In this document: piece after piece, positions 50,316-61,104 of the stretch | How the letters are laid out: each line of letters starts with the position of its first letter | Position numbering within the stretch: the stretch's first letter is position 1 | Assembly (NCBI GenBank): GCA_965215015.1 | Contig: OZ244042.1 | Location: forward strand, 3,456,001 to 3,520,000 | Direction: 5' to 3' | Source of the DNA: Candidatus Poribacteria bacterium | GTDB lineage: Bacteria; Poribacteria; WGA-4E; PCPOR2b | Length of the DNA stretch: 64,000 nucleotides | The notes under the pieces: generated by a model | Databases searched by the model: none | The model's input: only the letters and a program-made list of their open reading frames with translations | Told to the model about the DNA's origin: nothing | Position numbers and translations under genes: made by a program

Positions 50316-50770
50316 TCTATCGCTGTCTTGGCTGAGGATTTAGATTTATCCTTTTCTTTTGACATGAACCGTTGAAACGGAACTGAGTAAAGGGCTATCA
50401 GCGATCTTTTGATAAAGCACAACAGTTGATAGCCCCGTATGGCACAGACGAGGGACTTCTAACCCCCCTCAGTCCCCCCGCAGGCGGGGGGAGGCCACCA
50501 AGAACCCCCACCCCCGCAAGTGGGGACGCAACAATATCCACACGGTTCTTTTCCCCTCCGCTTGCGGGGGATTAGGGAGCCTTCCTGTGATGCACCGTCG
50601 GCCGATGCCGGCTCTGAAAACTCTGCTAGCTGTCTGTCAGGTGTTTGGACAATTGGGATTTGGGACCTCCCGAACCCTTGAACATTCTGACTTGTTAGGC
50701 GGCCGTTTTAAACCGTCTGTTGTGCTTGTCGCTAACAGGCGCAGAATGTTATACGAAAAGGAAATCCACA

Positions 50771-51772
50771 ATGCCATCCCAATACAGAATTTTGATAGCC
50801 GATGCCCCGTGGTCTATAGAGCCGGAACGGGAGGTCTTCGGAGAGATAGGCGCGAAGTTAATCGTTGCCGAGACTAAGACAGCGGAGGAACTGCTCTCTT
50901 TAGCCCCTCAAGTAGATGGGATACTTACTGACAGGCAGTCAATAACCGGCGATATCATAAGGGTTGCACAACGGTGCAAAGCCATCGCTCGATACGGGGT
51001 CGGGTTTGACAATGTGGCACTGGCGGAGGCGACAGCTGTGGGCATCGTTGTTACCAATGTCCCGGCTTACTGCATTGATGAAGTTACCGACCATGCCATG
51101 GCATTGCTGTTAGCGTGCGCTCGAAAGATTCCTCTGTTCGATAAGCACATCAATAGTTGGAATCGGGATGTGGGCCCCCCGATGCGCCGTATCCGTGGGC
51201 GGACGTTAGGCGTCATCGGGTTTGGTCGGATCGGGCGGGCAATCGCACCGAAGGCACAAGCCTTTGGATTGGAGATTATCGTTTTTGATCAGTATATTAC
51301 GTCGGAAGCCATTCAAGCGGCAGGGGCGGTGAAGGTTGAACTCCCTGAACTCCTCGCAAAATCTGATTTCATCTCGATTCATACGCCGTTAACGCCTGAA
51401 ACGCAGAACTTGATTGGTGAAGCCGAGCTTCGTCAAATGAAGCCCAACGCCTACCTCATCAACACTGCGCGAGGGGGTATCATTGATACAGTTGCGCTCT
51501 ACAAGGCATTGAACGAGGGTTGGATTGCTGGGGCAGGGCAGGATGTTCTGCCCCAGGAGCCCCCGGCCCCTGATGAGCCGCTGCTCACGCTGGAAAACGT
51601 CATTTTAACACCGCACGTTGCGTTCCTCTCCGAGGAGTCAACATACGATGCCCAGCGAACGGCAGCGTCAGAAGTTGCAAGGGTGTTGACGGGACAGCTG
51701 CCTGAATCGGTGGTGAATCCAGAGGTTCTAGACAGCCCCGCACTTCGCGCCAAAGGGCTCGCTGGAAAATGA
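50771..51772 (+). CDS. D-2-hydroxyacid dehydrogenase (CtBP-like)
   Basis: GVGFDNV, GFGRIG, INTARG and LTPHVA; start revised to ATG 50771. Confidence 0.92.
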   Translation: MPSQYRILIADAPWSIEPEREVFGEIGAKLIVAETKTAEELLSLAPQVDGILTDRQSITGDIIRVAQRCKAIARYGVGFDNVALAEATAVGIVVTNVPAYCIDEVTDHAMALLLACARKIPLFDKHINSWNRDVGPPMRRIRGRTLGVIGFGRIGRAIAPKAQAFGLEIIVFDQYITSEAIQAAGAVKVELPELLAKSDFISIHTPLTPETQNLIGEAELRQMKPNAYLINTARGGIIDTVALYKALNEGWIAGAGQDVLPQEPPAPDEPLLTLENVILTPHVAFLSEESTYDAQRTAASEVARVLTGQLPESVVNPEVLDSPALRAKGLAGK

Positions 51773-51894
51773 GAAGACAAGATGGTGAAAATGATCGGTT
51801 CCGATTTTGTTGTTCCGAGGGAACTTACGAAACCGTGAATACCGATCCTTGATCGGGAGATCCAAAGCAATATGCCTATTACTAGCAACTTGGG

Positions 51895-52968
51895 CTATAC
51901 CGCTTCCGCTACGCCGGACGCCGCGGAGCGATAGGCGGCGTCAAGCAGCTCCACCCCTCGCATAGCGGCTTCCCCCGGCGACCAATTCACATCGGTTATT
52001 CCGAGAATCAGGTCCACGAAGTTGTTGGGGGGACCGTTGCACTCATAGGCCCCTCCATCTGGCGCAACGTCGGCAACTTCGTCAACCTCGTTGTGCCTAC
52101 GCAGCTCCATGCGAGCGCGTTCGGCATCTAGGAGAAGCATTCCCTCAGTGCCAAAGAAGCGGATATCTACCTGAAATGGGCGATGGGTCGGGACCGTACC
52201 TGTGCCACTGACTGTACCAACCGCGCCGCTTATGAAGCGGGTTGTAATTGCATCATACAGGTCCACCTGCGCCCCCGGCGCAGTCATCATGCTAAAGACG
52301 GTTTCTGCCCGTAAATCTGACAGCCAGAACATCAACCCCACCGAGTGCGAAATCTGTCCGTGCCCATAGCCTCCGCCCGCAACTTGAGGGTCTGCCCATG
52401 TTGCAGGATCAGGACTAAACATTGTCCTCTCCGATTGTCCGCTCACTTCAGCAACGTCCATTCCTTTGCCGCTAAGCAGCCCCCGAATCGGTGAAGCCAT
52501 GTGACACAGCACATACTCTATTGTACCGATTCCGCCGGCGTCCATGAGTCGTTTGGCGTGTTGGATAAATGGCTTGTGATGCCAGCCGTAGGGCACTAGC
52601 AGTTGAACACCTTTTTCTTTTGCGAGCCTCACCAATTCTTGTGCATGTTTGGCGCGAGTGGTTAGGGGTTTCTCACACATAACGTGTAAGCCTTTTTCAA
52701 GCGCGGCGCGGGCGTGCTCGTAGTGGAGTGTGTGGGGTGAAGCCACAACCACACCATCCAATTCACACTTGTCTAGCAGGTCGTGATAGTCTTCGGTCGC
52801 ATACGCAAACCCGAAAGCCTCTTGTACCTGCCGTAATTCTTCGGTTCCCAGACGACAGACCCCTACCAATTCGATATCCTCGCGGCCCGCAAAAACAGGC
52901 ATGTGGTTGCTGGTTGCCCACCATCCCGCGCCAATGAACCCCAGACGCGCTTTTTTTTCTGTGTTCAT
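51895..52968 (-). CDS. Gfo/Idh/MocA oxidoreductase
   Basis: GFIGAG and HVMCEKP. Confidence 0.9.
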   Translation of the reverse strand: MNTEKKARLGFIGAGWWATSNHMPVFAGREDIELVGVCRLGTEELRQVQEAFGFAYATEDYHDLLDKCELDGVVVASPHTLHYEHARAALEKGLHVMCEKPLTTRAKHAQELVRLAKEKGVQLLVPYGWHHKPFIQHAKRLMDAGGIGTIEYVLCHMASPIRGLLSGKGMDVAEVSGQSERTMFSPDPATWADPQVAGGGYGHGQISHSVGLMFWLSDLRAETVFSMMTAPGAQVDLYDAITTRFISGAVGTVSGTGTVPTHRPFQVDIRFFGTEGMLLLDAERARMELRRHNEVDEVADVAPDGGAYECNGPPNNFVDLILGITDVNWSPGEAAMRGVELLDAAYRSAASGVAEAV

Positions 52969-53775
52969 AATGTTTTCTCCGTTCTAACTTAAGTTGCTAG
53001 ATAGCCTGTAGGTGGAGCTTCCATGCTTAATACTAAAGAGAAGCTGTTAAGGTCGCTGATCTACGGGCAGTTTTCTCGATTTGCCGTGCCTTACCCTAAT
53101 ACTGCACACATGTCGCCCCGCTGGGGCTTTAAGACATATTATTCTACCCCGATAAGGTCGGGTTCAGAACAAGTGGGGCTATGCGAGCAAGATGCCCTGC
53201 CTACAGGTGTGAGATGTAGATTGGGTTGAACGGGGCAAACCGAATTGGTCTCAATGCCGATAGCGGTTCAGTTTCTCAACAATACTGTTTTAGAAATAGC
53301 TGGACTTACGCAGTTGAACGTTCAAACCCTAGTAATTCGGTAATGAATCATCGGACAATACGACTCCCTTAAAGACGCGGGTTGAATTGCGCGACTACAA
53401 ACTCAAGTGTGTAACTGCTATTATCAAGCGTTGGGTGTCACTGTATTTGTGAGATTTGACGCTGATTGGGGCGTTGTATTCAAAAAGGAACGACTTGGTA
53501 TGTTTTATGAGCACTGTTCAACCCAACTCCGTTCCGAGGACTCCGATAAATCGGAGGAATCCCGATTTGTCGGGAGATTCAAAGCAATATGCCTACTACT
53601 AGCGGCTTAAGTTATTCTGAGGGGTGTACATGATTCGAGACACATTATAGCGGAATTTAAGCGAGGGCACCTGGGGCAATCGTATTGGAGAGGCGTTGAG
53701 AAGTATACGCATCAAAATCTATTTATGAGCACCCTTCAGTTATTCTAGGGAAAGATTCTAATGCTAATGCTAATG

Positions 53776-54744
53776 CTAACGCCTAACAAGCCAGAATTCG
53801 CCTTCGCTATGGGTTGCCAACATACCTAGCAACACAGCACCGGGAAAATCTTCCGCCATATCAATCGCCATTGTAAAGATTCGGGTATCAGTCGTTGTGT
53901 GTTGCGCGATTGCCTTTAGGTCGGGAATCCCTGAAGTCAGAATGCCATCGCTAAATAGCACCACGATTGTGGGCTCCCTGTTGTGCGTTTCTTGTAATGC
54001 TTCAAGCATATCTTTGTCTGAATAGCGCGAACTTTTCACAGGCTTTGCGCTCTCAAGGTGGGCGATGGTATCAGCGATGTTCACATCACTGACGGGGAGG
54101 AAGTTGGGTTGATAAAATTGGATCTCTTCGCTGAAGCTACAGACGTTGAACTGATCGTGCGATTCGAGAAATTCTAGCGAATTCGTCATGATGGTGAGAA
54201 TCCTCCGAAGCTTTCGCGGCTTCAAGCCGACCATGCTTGATGAAAGGTCTACACAGTAGATAATCCGCTGCGGTCCTTCTTGCCTTTCGATGAATTTAAC
54301 CAATCGGCTTTTGGGGCGTTCCTCCGGATCTACTTTTTTAATAGGATTCGTTATCACGCGTTCCATTTGCGGCATCGCTTGCGGCGCGATGCTGCCCGTT
54401 GATAATCCCACATTGTCACTCAGATTCAGTGGTCCGAGACTAAATTGTGTTGGCTCGGCTGCTGAAACAACTCCTCGCTCCGTGGGGGGGGCGTTGCTCG
54501 TTAAAATCTTCAGCGACGGTTGGTTGGTTTGCACAGTCGTTTTCTGTCTCCGTACTTGCGGACGTTTGGGGCGATTCATCCGTTTCGTCCTAGGTTTTTC
54601 AATCTTCATCAGTACTGCATTGATAGAATCTTGGTCCGAAAAAAACTGCTGTGCGGGCCAGAAGAAAAAACCCACAACACCAACAATGAGGTGTAAGATG
54701 AACGAAACAACGAGGGCTTTACTTGATTTAGACTTTGATTGCAT
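53776..54744 (-). CDS. Membrane-anchored VWA-domain protein
   Basis: SFILH transmembrane anchor, DLSSSM MIDAS and FSDG. Confidence 0.85.
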   Translation of the reverse strand: MQSKSKSSKALVVSFILHLIVGVVGFFFWPAQQFFSDQDSINAVLMKIEKPRTKRMNRPKRPQVRRQKTTVQTNQPSLKILTSNAPPTERGVVSAAEPTQFSLGPLNLSDNVGLSTGSIAPQAMPQMERVITNPIKKVDPEERPKSRLVKFIERQEGPQRIIYCVDLSSSMVGLKPRKLRRILTIMTNSLEFLESHDQFNVCSFSEEIQFYQPNFLPVSDVNIADTIAHLESAKPVKSSRYSDKDMLEALQETHNREPTIVVLFSDGILTSGIPDLKAIAQHTTTDTRIFTMAIDMAEDFPGAVLLGMLATHSEGEFWLVRR

Positions 54745-54842
54745 TCTGAAAGACTCTCAAATAATTTAGTTTTGCTCATGTAAAGAATGAGTGCAACAGA
54801 AGCCATAAGGGCTTACCTCTCCCCCTGGTCGCCATCCCTCCC

Positions 54843-54905
54843 CCGCTTGCGAATTCCCCACCGCTTGCGAATTCCCCACCGCTTGCGAATTCCCCACCGC
54901 TTGCG
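54843..54905. repeat. 18-bp tandem repeat (CCGCTTGCGAATTCCCCA) x3.5
   Basis: Units at 54843, 54861 and 54879, partial at 54897; lies inside a GC-rich REP-like element. Confidence 0.9.
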
Positions 54906-55014
54906 GGGGGTTGGGGGGGCTTGGGGGGACGAAGGGCCCCTTCTCTTCGTATTTTGACTTTCTTTATAACATGAGCCTTGTTGTAAGCGTGTTATAGCCG
55001 ACTTATGGGTTGCA

Positions 55015-58000
55015 TTATCGCATCGACATTTTCTCAGAATCGCTCTTGCGCCGGAGGACAACGCCCCATTGACCGACTATCCATAGCGTATCGTCGTTTG
55101 GAGAGCGAACGATAGTGTACAGGTTGTTGGATATATCCGTATGTTCTCGCTCCCATGTTGTGCCGCCATCCATTGAGCGGAGGATTGTGCCGGATGCACC
55201 AACAACATAGATTTCCCGATCTGATAACGCGAGGATGCCGTAAAGTGCTTCGGTGACGCCGCTCGACAGGGCTTCCCACTTAAATCCGCCTCCGGTTGTG
55301 CGGAGGATAAGGCCGTAATCGCCGGCTGCCCAGCCCTTCCGTTTGGTGATGAATGACACTCCATACAGATTGTAGCCGGTGTCGGTTTCATGGTGTTTCC
55401 AATATCCGCCGCCGTTGATTGTTCGCTGGACAATGCCGCTATGTCCAACCGCCCAACCGAGCGGCGCAAATTTCATTTCGACCCTTTCGAGGTCTTTCCC
55501 TGTGGAGGTACGTTGAGGCGTCCAGATGGGACCTCCATCTTGGTTATGGATAATTTGTCCATCCCTGCCGACCGCCCAACCTTCGGAGAAGTCGCCAAAC
55601 GCGACATCGCTGATGGCAAACGGCAACGGTGGGTCTTCCTCAAATAGCCCCGGACGCGTCGGGGTTTGGCCCGCTGACCATTTTACACCGTTGGTAGTAT
55701 ACAGCACTGTGCCATCGCGCCGCATTGACCAGCCCCATCGCGTTGTTCCTTCGGATTCGTCGGCGTTTAACCCCGATACATCGGCAAAATGAATGCCGAC
55801 AAGGGGTTGTTCAGTTCCACTTTTCACTGGTTTCCAAGTCTGCCCACCATCTTGGGTTTCCAGCAGTAAGCCATTATCTCCGGTAATCCAACCGTGCGTG
55901 CTGTCTAGGAAGAGGATAGCGCGGAAGTCATCAAGTTGCTCGCCGAGTTGACGTTCCCACGTTTGTCCGCCATTTTCAGTGTAATAGATATGTCCAGCGT
56001 CGCCAACTGCCCACGCGTGTTGGTCGCCGACAAAGTGCACATTTGTGATTGGCAGCCCAGATTGACGCCAGCCCCGGCGTCGACGGGCTATCGGTTTTTC
56101 TTGGTCTTCTGCCTTTGTGTCTGTTTGTATGCTAGCTGTATCTTCAGTGTCGGTCTCAATTTCGCCTTCAGGCGTGAAACGCCCGGCGCGTGATCGCTGC
56201 TCGCTCAAATCTCTCTGAAAGATGTCGGCAAAATTTTCGTCTAGCGGATTGCTAATCGCTGGTTGTGGCTCTTGAGGTTTATCCGCTTCTGCCTCCATGT
56301 CTGCCTGTTTACTCTGAGCAATGAGTTCCGCCATTGTCTCAAGCCCCACGTAGGTTGGTAGCCAACTCTCGCCTTGGTCGCTTGTCACAAGGATAGCCCC
56401 GTTACGGTTAATTCCCCATGCACGCTGATGGTCGTAGAACTTAATCCGGCGAAGCCCTTCCACCGCGATTTCCGGGAAGAGTTGTTGCCACGTTATGCCG
56501 CCATCCTGCGTGATGAGAGACTTGCCATCTCTGCCCACAATCCAGCCGGACTTCGCATCAGCGAAGTGCACCGCGGCAGCAGGCTGATGGGTTTTATCCT
56601 GAATTTCCCAGTAGTCCCCACCGTTGACAGTATGCAGAATAAGCCCGCCTTCGACCCGTTGAGGGGTAACAGCCCACCCTTCGGTACTATTAATGAAATG
56701 AAGTGCTGTGATTGGTTGGTTTGTCGTCCCGGTTTTCTGACGTTTCCAAGTTACGCCGCCATCCGTGGTGTGGAGCGTTTGTCCCTGATCCGCACCCAGC
56801 CAACCTTCTTGCGTGTTGATAAACTGCATCGCACCAATCCTGCGGAAGTTTTGCACCACCTTTTTGATAACTTGCCACGTTTGCCCACCGTTTTCTGTGC
56901 GAAGCAGCACACCATTTCCGGCAATCCATCCGTGGTCTTCATCGACAAAAGTGATGCGATGCAAATTATCCTTCACGCCACTGTGTTGGGGCATCCACGT
57001 TTTGCCGCCATCCGTCGTGTGAGCAATTACACCTCCGGATCCAACCGCCCACCCGCGTAAAGTAGCGGGTTCATCCGCCGTACGATGGAAATAGGTGTCG
57101 GCAAAATCGGTCTGCCAAGTTGCTTGACGGACGATTTCCCAATGATAGGTAACCTCTTCAACAGTCGGTGGTTCCTCGATAGTTTCGGTGGTTTGCGTTC
57201 GCTCTGCCATAGGGGGGAGTTCGGCTGGAAGCTCTTCCGCGTCAACAGAGTAACGCATCGCAATTCCACCTTTGCCGACAGCGACCATCCCTTCCGGGGA
57301 CAGGGCGAATCCGTATAGGTCGTTCTCCGTATCGCTCTCCTGCGGCTCCCATTTTGTCCCGCCGTTGGTGGTGGTCAGGATAACGCCATCATCCCCTACG
57401 ATGAGACCGTGCTTTGCATCGGCGAAGTAGACCTTATTCAAATTTGCCTCCGTGCCGCTCCATTGGAATTTCCACGTTTTTCCCCCATCTTTGGTGTGCA
57501 AAATTTCTCCAAACTGCCCGGTAACCCAGCCGGTTTTGTTGTCGATAAAGTAGATTGCGTACAATTCATTGTAGGTAGGTGTCTTTTGTTGTGTCCATGT
57601 CAGTCCACCGTTGGCTGTGTGAATGACAATGCCGGGCCAACCGACTGACCAACCTTCCTTATCGTTGAGAAAGAATACCTCTTTGAGCATGTGAAATTCG
57701 CCCGGCGTCTGCTGCACCCATGATTCACCGCCATCAGCGGTATGTAGAACTGTCCCGAGATCGCCAACAACCCAACCTTTTTTTGGGCTGACGAAATAGG
57801 TGCCCCGGAGCGAATACCACCATCCGCTTTTTTGAGTTTCCCAACTCTGCCCACCATCAGCGGTGTGGACAATCATGCCGCGATCGCCGACCGCCCAACC
57901 CTCTAGGTCTGAGACAAAATAGAGGCTTCGGATGTTGTCCCAGATGTCCGTTTGAACCTCAGTCCACGTTTGTCCACCGTCTTGAGTCACAGCGATGGTG

Positions 58001-59073
58001 CCTTTTTCACCGACAGCGATTGCCCGATTCCCATCAGCAAACTGTATCTCCTCAAGGTTGTTGGCGGTAGTACCGCTAGCTATTGTCCACGTCTCCCCGC
58101 CATCTTCTGAGTGCATGATTGTGCCGTGCCAACCTACCGCCCACGCCTCGCTTGGGGTGGTGAACTGAACCCCGGTCAGATTATTTTCGGTACCGCTCTC
58201 TAGCAATCGCCAGTTATCTCCTCCGTCCTCTGTGAACGTGATGAAACCGATATCAGCAACAGCGACGCCGCGTTGGTTGTCCACAAAATGGATACTGTTG
58301 ACAGTGTCCCGAACATGCCCATTAATCAGTGGGATGCGGCTATCCTGACGCGTCCATTCGGCACCCCCATTTGTTGTGTGGAAGATTGATCCGTCAGTCC
58401 CGACAAGCCAACCCTCGTTTTGGCTGATGAAGAAGACCCGCTTGTTATCGTTGATCATCCGGTCGCGTTCGCCCTGGTAACGGTTACTCTGCTGCCGCCA
58501 CGTTTTGCCACCGTCCTCTGTGAAGAGAATCCGATCGTTTGCGCCGACAGTCCAACCGCGGCGTTTGCTAACAAACCAGATGCCGCTGAGTGGAAAATCG
58601 CTGATGTATTCATACTGTTCCCACGTTTTCCCGCCGTTCTTTGTGTACAATACATCGGCATCCTCTCCGACGATCCACCCCTCATCGGAATTTGCAAAGT
58701 GGACATCCCTGAGCATTGCTAAGGTGCCGCTGTCCTGGAGATGCCAGTGGCGTCCGCCGTCATCGGTGGTAGCGATTAACCCCTTATCGCCGACCGCCCA
58801 ACCGTAACGGGGATTGGTGAAATAGACCGCCTTGAAATCACCTTCCGTTTCAGTTTCTTGGCGTTCCCACGTTTTTCCACCATCGTTTGTATGGATGATG
58901 ATTCCCTTTTCGCCGACGATCCATCCGCGTTCGGCATCTGCGAAGTGCAAATCTGTGAAATTGGCTTCCCAATCTGCTTTACGGGTCACGTCTTGCCTAC
59001 AACCGATGAGTATGGTTATGAGTGCGAAAGCAAGTGTTGTCCCTCGGAATATATGTTGGTATGTCTGTTTCAT
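55015..59073 (-). CDS. Large YCF48/BNR (Asp-box) repeat beta-propeller lipoprotein
   Basis: More than 20 repeats of GW.VG..G.I..T.DGG.TW; LIG-C lipobox; AAGGAGG RBS before ATG 59073. Confidence 0.9.
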   Translation of the reverse strand: MKQTYQHIFRGTTLAFALITILIGCRQDVTRKADWEANFTDLHFADAERGWIVGEKGIIIHTNDGGKTWERQETETEGDFKAVYFTNPRYGWAVGDKGLIATTDDGGRHWHLQDSGTLAMLRDVHFANSDEGWIVGEDADVLYTKNGGKTWEQYEYISDFPLSGIWFVSKRRGWTVGANDRILFTEDGGKTWRQQSNRYQGERDRMINDNKRVFFISQNEGWLVGTDGSIFHTTNGGAEWTRQDSRIPLINGHVRDTVNSIHFVDNQRGVAVADIGFITFTEDGGDNWRLLESGTENNLTGVQFTTPSEAWAVGWHGTIMHSEDGGETWTIASGTTANNLEEIQFADGNRAIAVGEKGTIAVTQDGGQTWTEVQTDIWDNIRSLYFVSDLEGWAVGDRGMIVHTADGGQSWETQKSGWWYSLRGTYFVSPKKGWVVGDLGTVLHTADGGESWVQQTPGEFHMLKEVFFLNDKEGWSVGWPGIVIHTANGGLTWTQQKTPTYNELYAIYFIDNKTGWVTGQFGEILHTKDGGKTWKFQWSGTEANLNKVYFADAKHGLIVGDDGVILTTTNGGTKWEPQESDTENDLYGFALSPEGMVAVGKGGIAMRYSVDAEELPAELPPMAERTQTTETIEEPPTVEEVTYHWEIVRQATWQTDFADTYFHRTADEPATLRGWAVGSGGVIAHTTDGGKTWMPQHSGVKDNLHRITFVDEDHGWIAGNGVLLRTENGGQTWQVIKKVVQNFRRIGAMQFINTQEGWLGADQGQTLHTTDGGVTWKRQKTGTTNQPITALHFINSTEGWAVTPQRVEGGLILHTVNGGDYWEIQDKTHQPAAAVHFADAKSGWIVGRDGKSLITQDGGITWQQLFPEIAVEGLRRIKFYDHQRAWGINRNGAILVTSDQGESWLPTYVGLETMAELIAQSKQADMEAEADKPQEPQPAISNPLDENFADIFQRDLSEQRSRAGRFTPEGEIETDTEDTASIQTDTKAEDQEKPIARRRRGWRQSGLPITNVHFVGDQHAWAVGDAGHIYYTENGGQTWERQLGEQLDDFRAILFLDSTHGWITGDNGLLLETQDGGQTWKPVKSGTEQPLVGIHFADVSGLNADESEGTTRWGWSMRRDGTVLYTTNGVKWSAGQTPTRPGLFEEDPPLPFAISDVAFGDFSEGWAVGRDGQIIHNQDGGPIWTPQRTSTGKDLERVEMKFAPLGWAVGHSGIVQRTINGGGYWKHHETDTGYNLYGVSFITKRKGWAAGDYGLILRTTGGGFKWEALSSGVTEALYGILALSDREIYVVGASGTILRSMDGGTTWEREHTDISNNLYTIVRSPNDDTLWIVGQWGVVLRRKSDSEKMSMR

Positions 59074-59812
59074 TTGATTTTTCCTCCTTGAAAGTGTCAT
59101 AACGCTCTCAGAAACACGGAAAGCCCGATATCCAGTGGCATGCCAAATCGGCTTGAGTCCATCGTAACTCGACGGTTGAGCGGAGAACGATGGTGAAAAC
59201 GCTTCCCAAAATTCTCGATTCTTTGGACGTAACAGCTTCCTAAATGTTGAAGTGATCAATCCGTTTCTATCTTAATCTTACAAAGTATAACATAACCGGG
59301 CCCTAAACCCTATATCAAAATTTGCTGAACGGGAGTGTTTGTCCGATCGTTCGGCTAGAAATTGCAAAGTAGGTCAAGGTTCCTCGATGAAACGTCAGGC
59401 ATTACCTCCAGCGGTTTACCTGTTTTCTCATCTACTCGCTTGGGTATTTATATGATTCATCGGTATTCTTCTGTTCCTGTTGGATTTGACATTCCAACGA
59501 GTGTGAGGCAGTTGGAGGGACCTGCCTTTTTGCTTGCATTCCAACAATGAGTGTGCTAGGATGAACACACTATCCTTGGCGAAGTGATACAAGTTGTGCA
59601 CATCTCATTGAGAAACGTTCTCAGACTGGATTTACAGGGCTTAAAATTGGTGGGATTGATGATGGGGTTGAGAATCTTTAAGTATTGATAATAACCGATA
59701 GCATATAGAATCAGAATCGCAGCAGCGTCGGCATGCGTCGCTGGTAGAACGGATTAAATACCGAAAGGCGAGGAGACAATATGCGTTTTTTCGTGAACTC
59801 AGGCTTCGGTTC

Positions 59813-60073
59813 TTGATGGTTTCGTTATGTGAGTCTTTATGTGAGTCTTTCAAAACAGATTATGACATGCGCGCCAAAGCCTTGTGTTATTGTGCTGTAT
59901 GTTGTGACGAGCTATGCTACAATGAGCGTGCCGAATGTTATTTTGAGAAAGCAGAAGAAAGTGGTTTTGTCAATGACCCCCAACCTCATTACTTAGGAGC
60001 AATAGTTCAAAAGTCGGAAGATCTCAAAAAACGGGTTATAGAAAAACTTGGTATTACTGAAGATCCTGAGTAA
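59813..60073 (+). CDS. Hypothetical protein or fragment
   Basis: 86-aa ORF with weak TPR-like character and no clear RBS. Confidence 0.3.
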   Translation: MMVSLCESLCESFKTDYDMRAKALCYCAVCCDELCYNERAECYFEKAEESGFVNDPQPHYLGAIVQKSEDLKKRVIEKLGITEDPE

Positions 60074-60302
60074 ACCGCAACAACAACGAGCGGGAGGGAT
60101 TATGAACGAATTGATGATTCAAGATGGGGGAACGTTGGCAATAAGGGGTAATAATAAAATCAGAATATTGGTAATATGGTGATGCGTTGCTGGTGGAGAT
60201 GCAGGTCGTTGGCAGGTGGAAATCCTCATAGATGCCTGCCCACTATGCCAAAGCAGAGTTGGCGGAACGGAGCGCAATGGACCGGTTTAGGGCCGGAAAG
60301 AG

Positions 60303-60653
60303 GTGATAATTTTGGATTTATACCTGCTTATGGGGGTTGGTGGTATCGCTTGGAGTGGTTCAATCAGGATTTCTGAATCCTATTCAAATCCTCCTACTGT
60401 TTCTCCTTTGGAATGTCCGCCTTGGGCAGGTCGTCCAACGGGCGTAAAGTTTATAACGATATTTAATATCGCTATGATTGTTTTACCCTTCCTGAACGGA
60501 TATATCTTGGGTGGTGTGCTAGGCATGTTCATTAGCATTGCTGGCACGTGGGTGGTTATGAAACTTGTTCGACATTTTTTCACTTACAGGTTTGAATACG
60601 CTATCCGAGTGTTTTTTTTTTGGTTCGCCGTATGTAATCTGGACTTTGGTTAA
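60303..60653 (+). CDS. Hypothetical membrane protein
   Basis: AGAGG RBS, hydrophobic segments and a T10 run near the 3' end. Confidence 0.5.
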   Translation: MIILDLYLLMGVGGIAWSGSIRISESYSNPPTVSPLECPPWAGRPTGVKFITIFNIAMIVLPFLNGYILGGVLGMFISIAGTWVVMKLVRHFFTYRFEYAIRVFFFWFAVCNLDFG

Positions 60654-60705
60654 TTTGGGTCGGCTTTAGTTGACTAATCCTAAAAGTGAAAGTGTGCGTA
60701 ACATC

Positions 60706-61044
60706 ATGGGGCATGAAAACGCTGGTTGGGTTGAGGCGGTTGGTACTGGTGTGAAATCGGTGAAACCCGGTGACGATCAAACTGCACCTTCCAACCTACT
60801 GGTGTGCACCCAACTTCTCCTATATGATGGCTGAGGATACCCACCGTGAACTTTTGACGGTTCGAGGAATCCACGAGTCACGGTTCGTTGGAAAGATCAT
60901 TTCGCTGCGAGGGCAATTGAGGGGGGTGTGAACGCTGGCAAATCCTTCTCAGAGGCTTTTCCGGATGAAGTATCTGAAAACCTGTGTCAACTCAGCGATC
61001 TCTTCCAGGATGAAATTAGTGTCAAACTTGCTGAGGGCGCATAA
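60706..61044 (+). pseudogene. Fused remnants of a Zn-alcohol dehydrogenase and a DUF59-type metal-sulfur assembly protein
   Basis: MGHENAGWVEAVGTGVKSVKPGD, then in other frames LHLPTYWCAPNFSYMMAED and DHFAARAIEGGVNAGKSFSEAFP. Confidence 0.7.
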
Positions 61045-61104
61045 AACCGCAGTGCAATCGGCAACCGTGCAACATCAACTTGACCATTGTTGCGAGGAAC
61101 GCCT

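Noticed and set aside
54813-55061. ORF with RKRWGI repeats
   Set aside because: Translation of the 18-bp intergenic tandem repeat inside a REP-like element.
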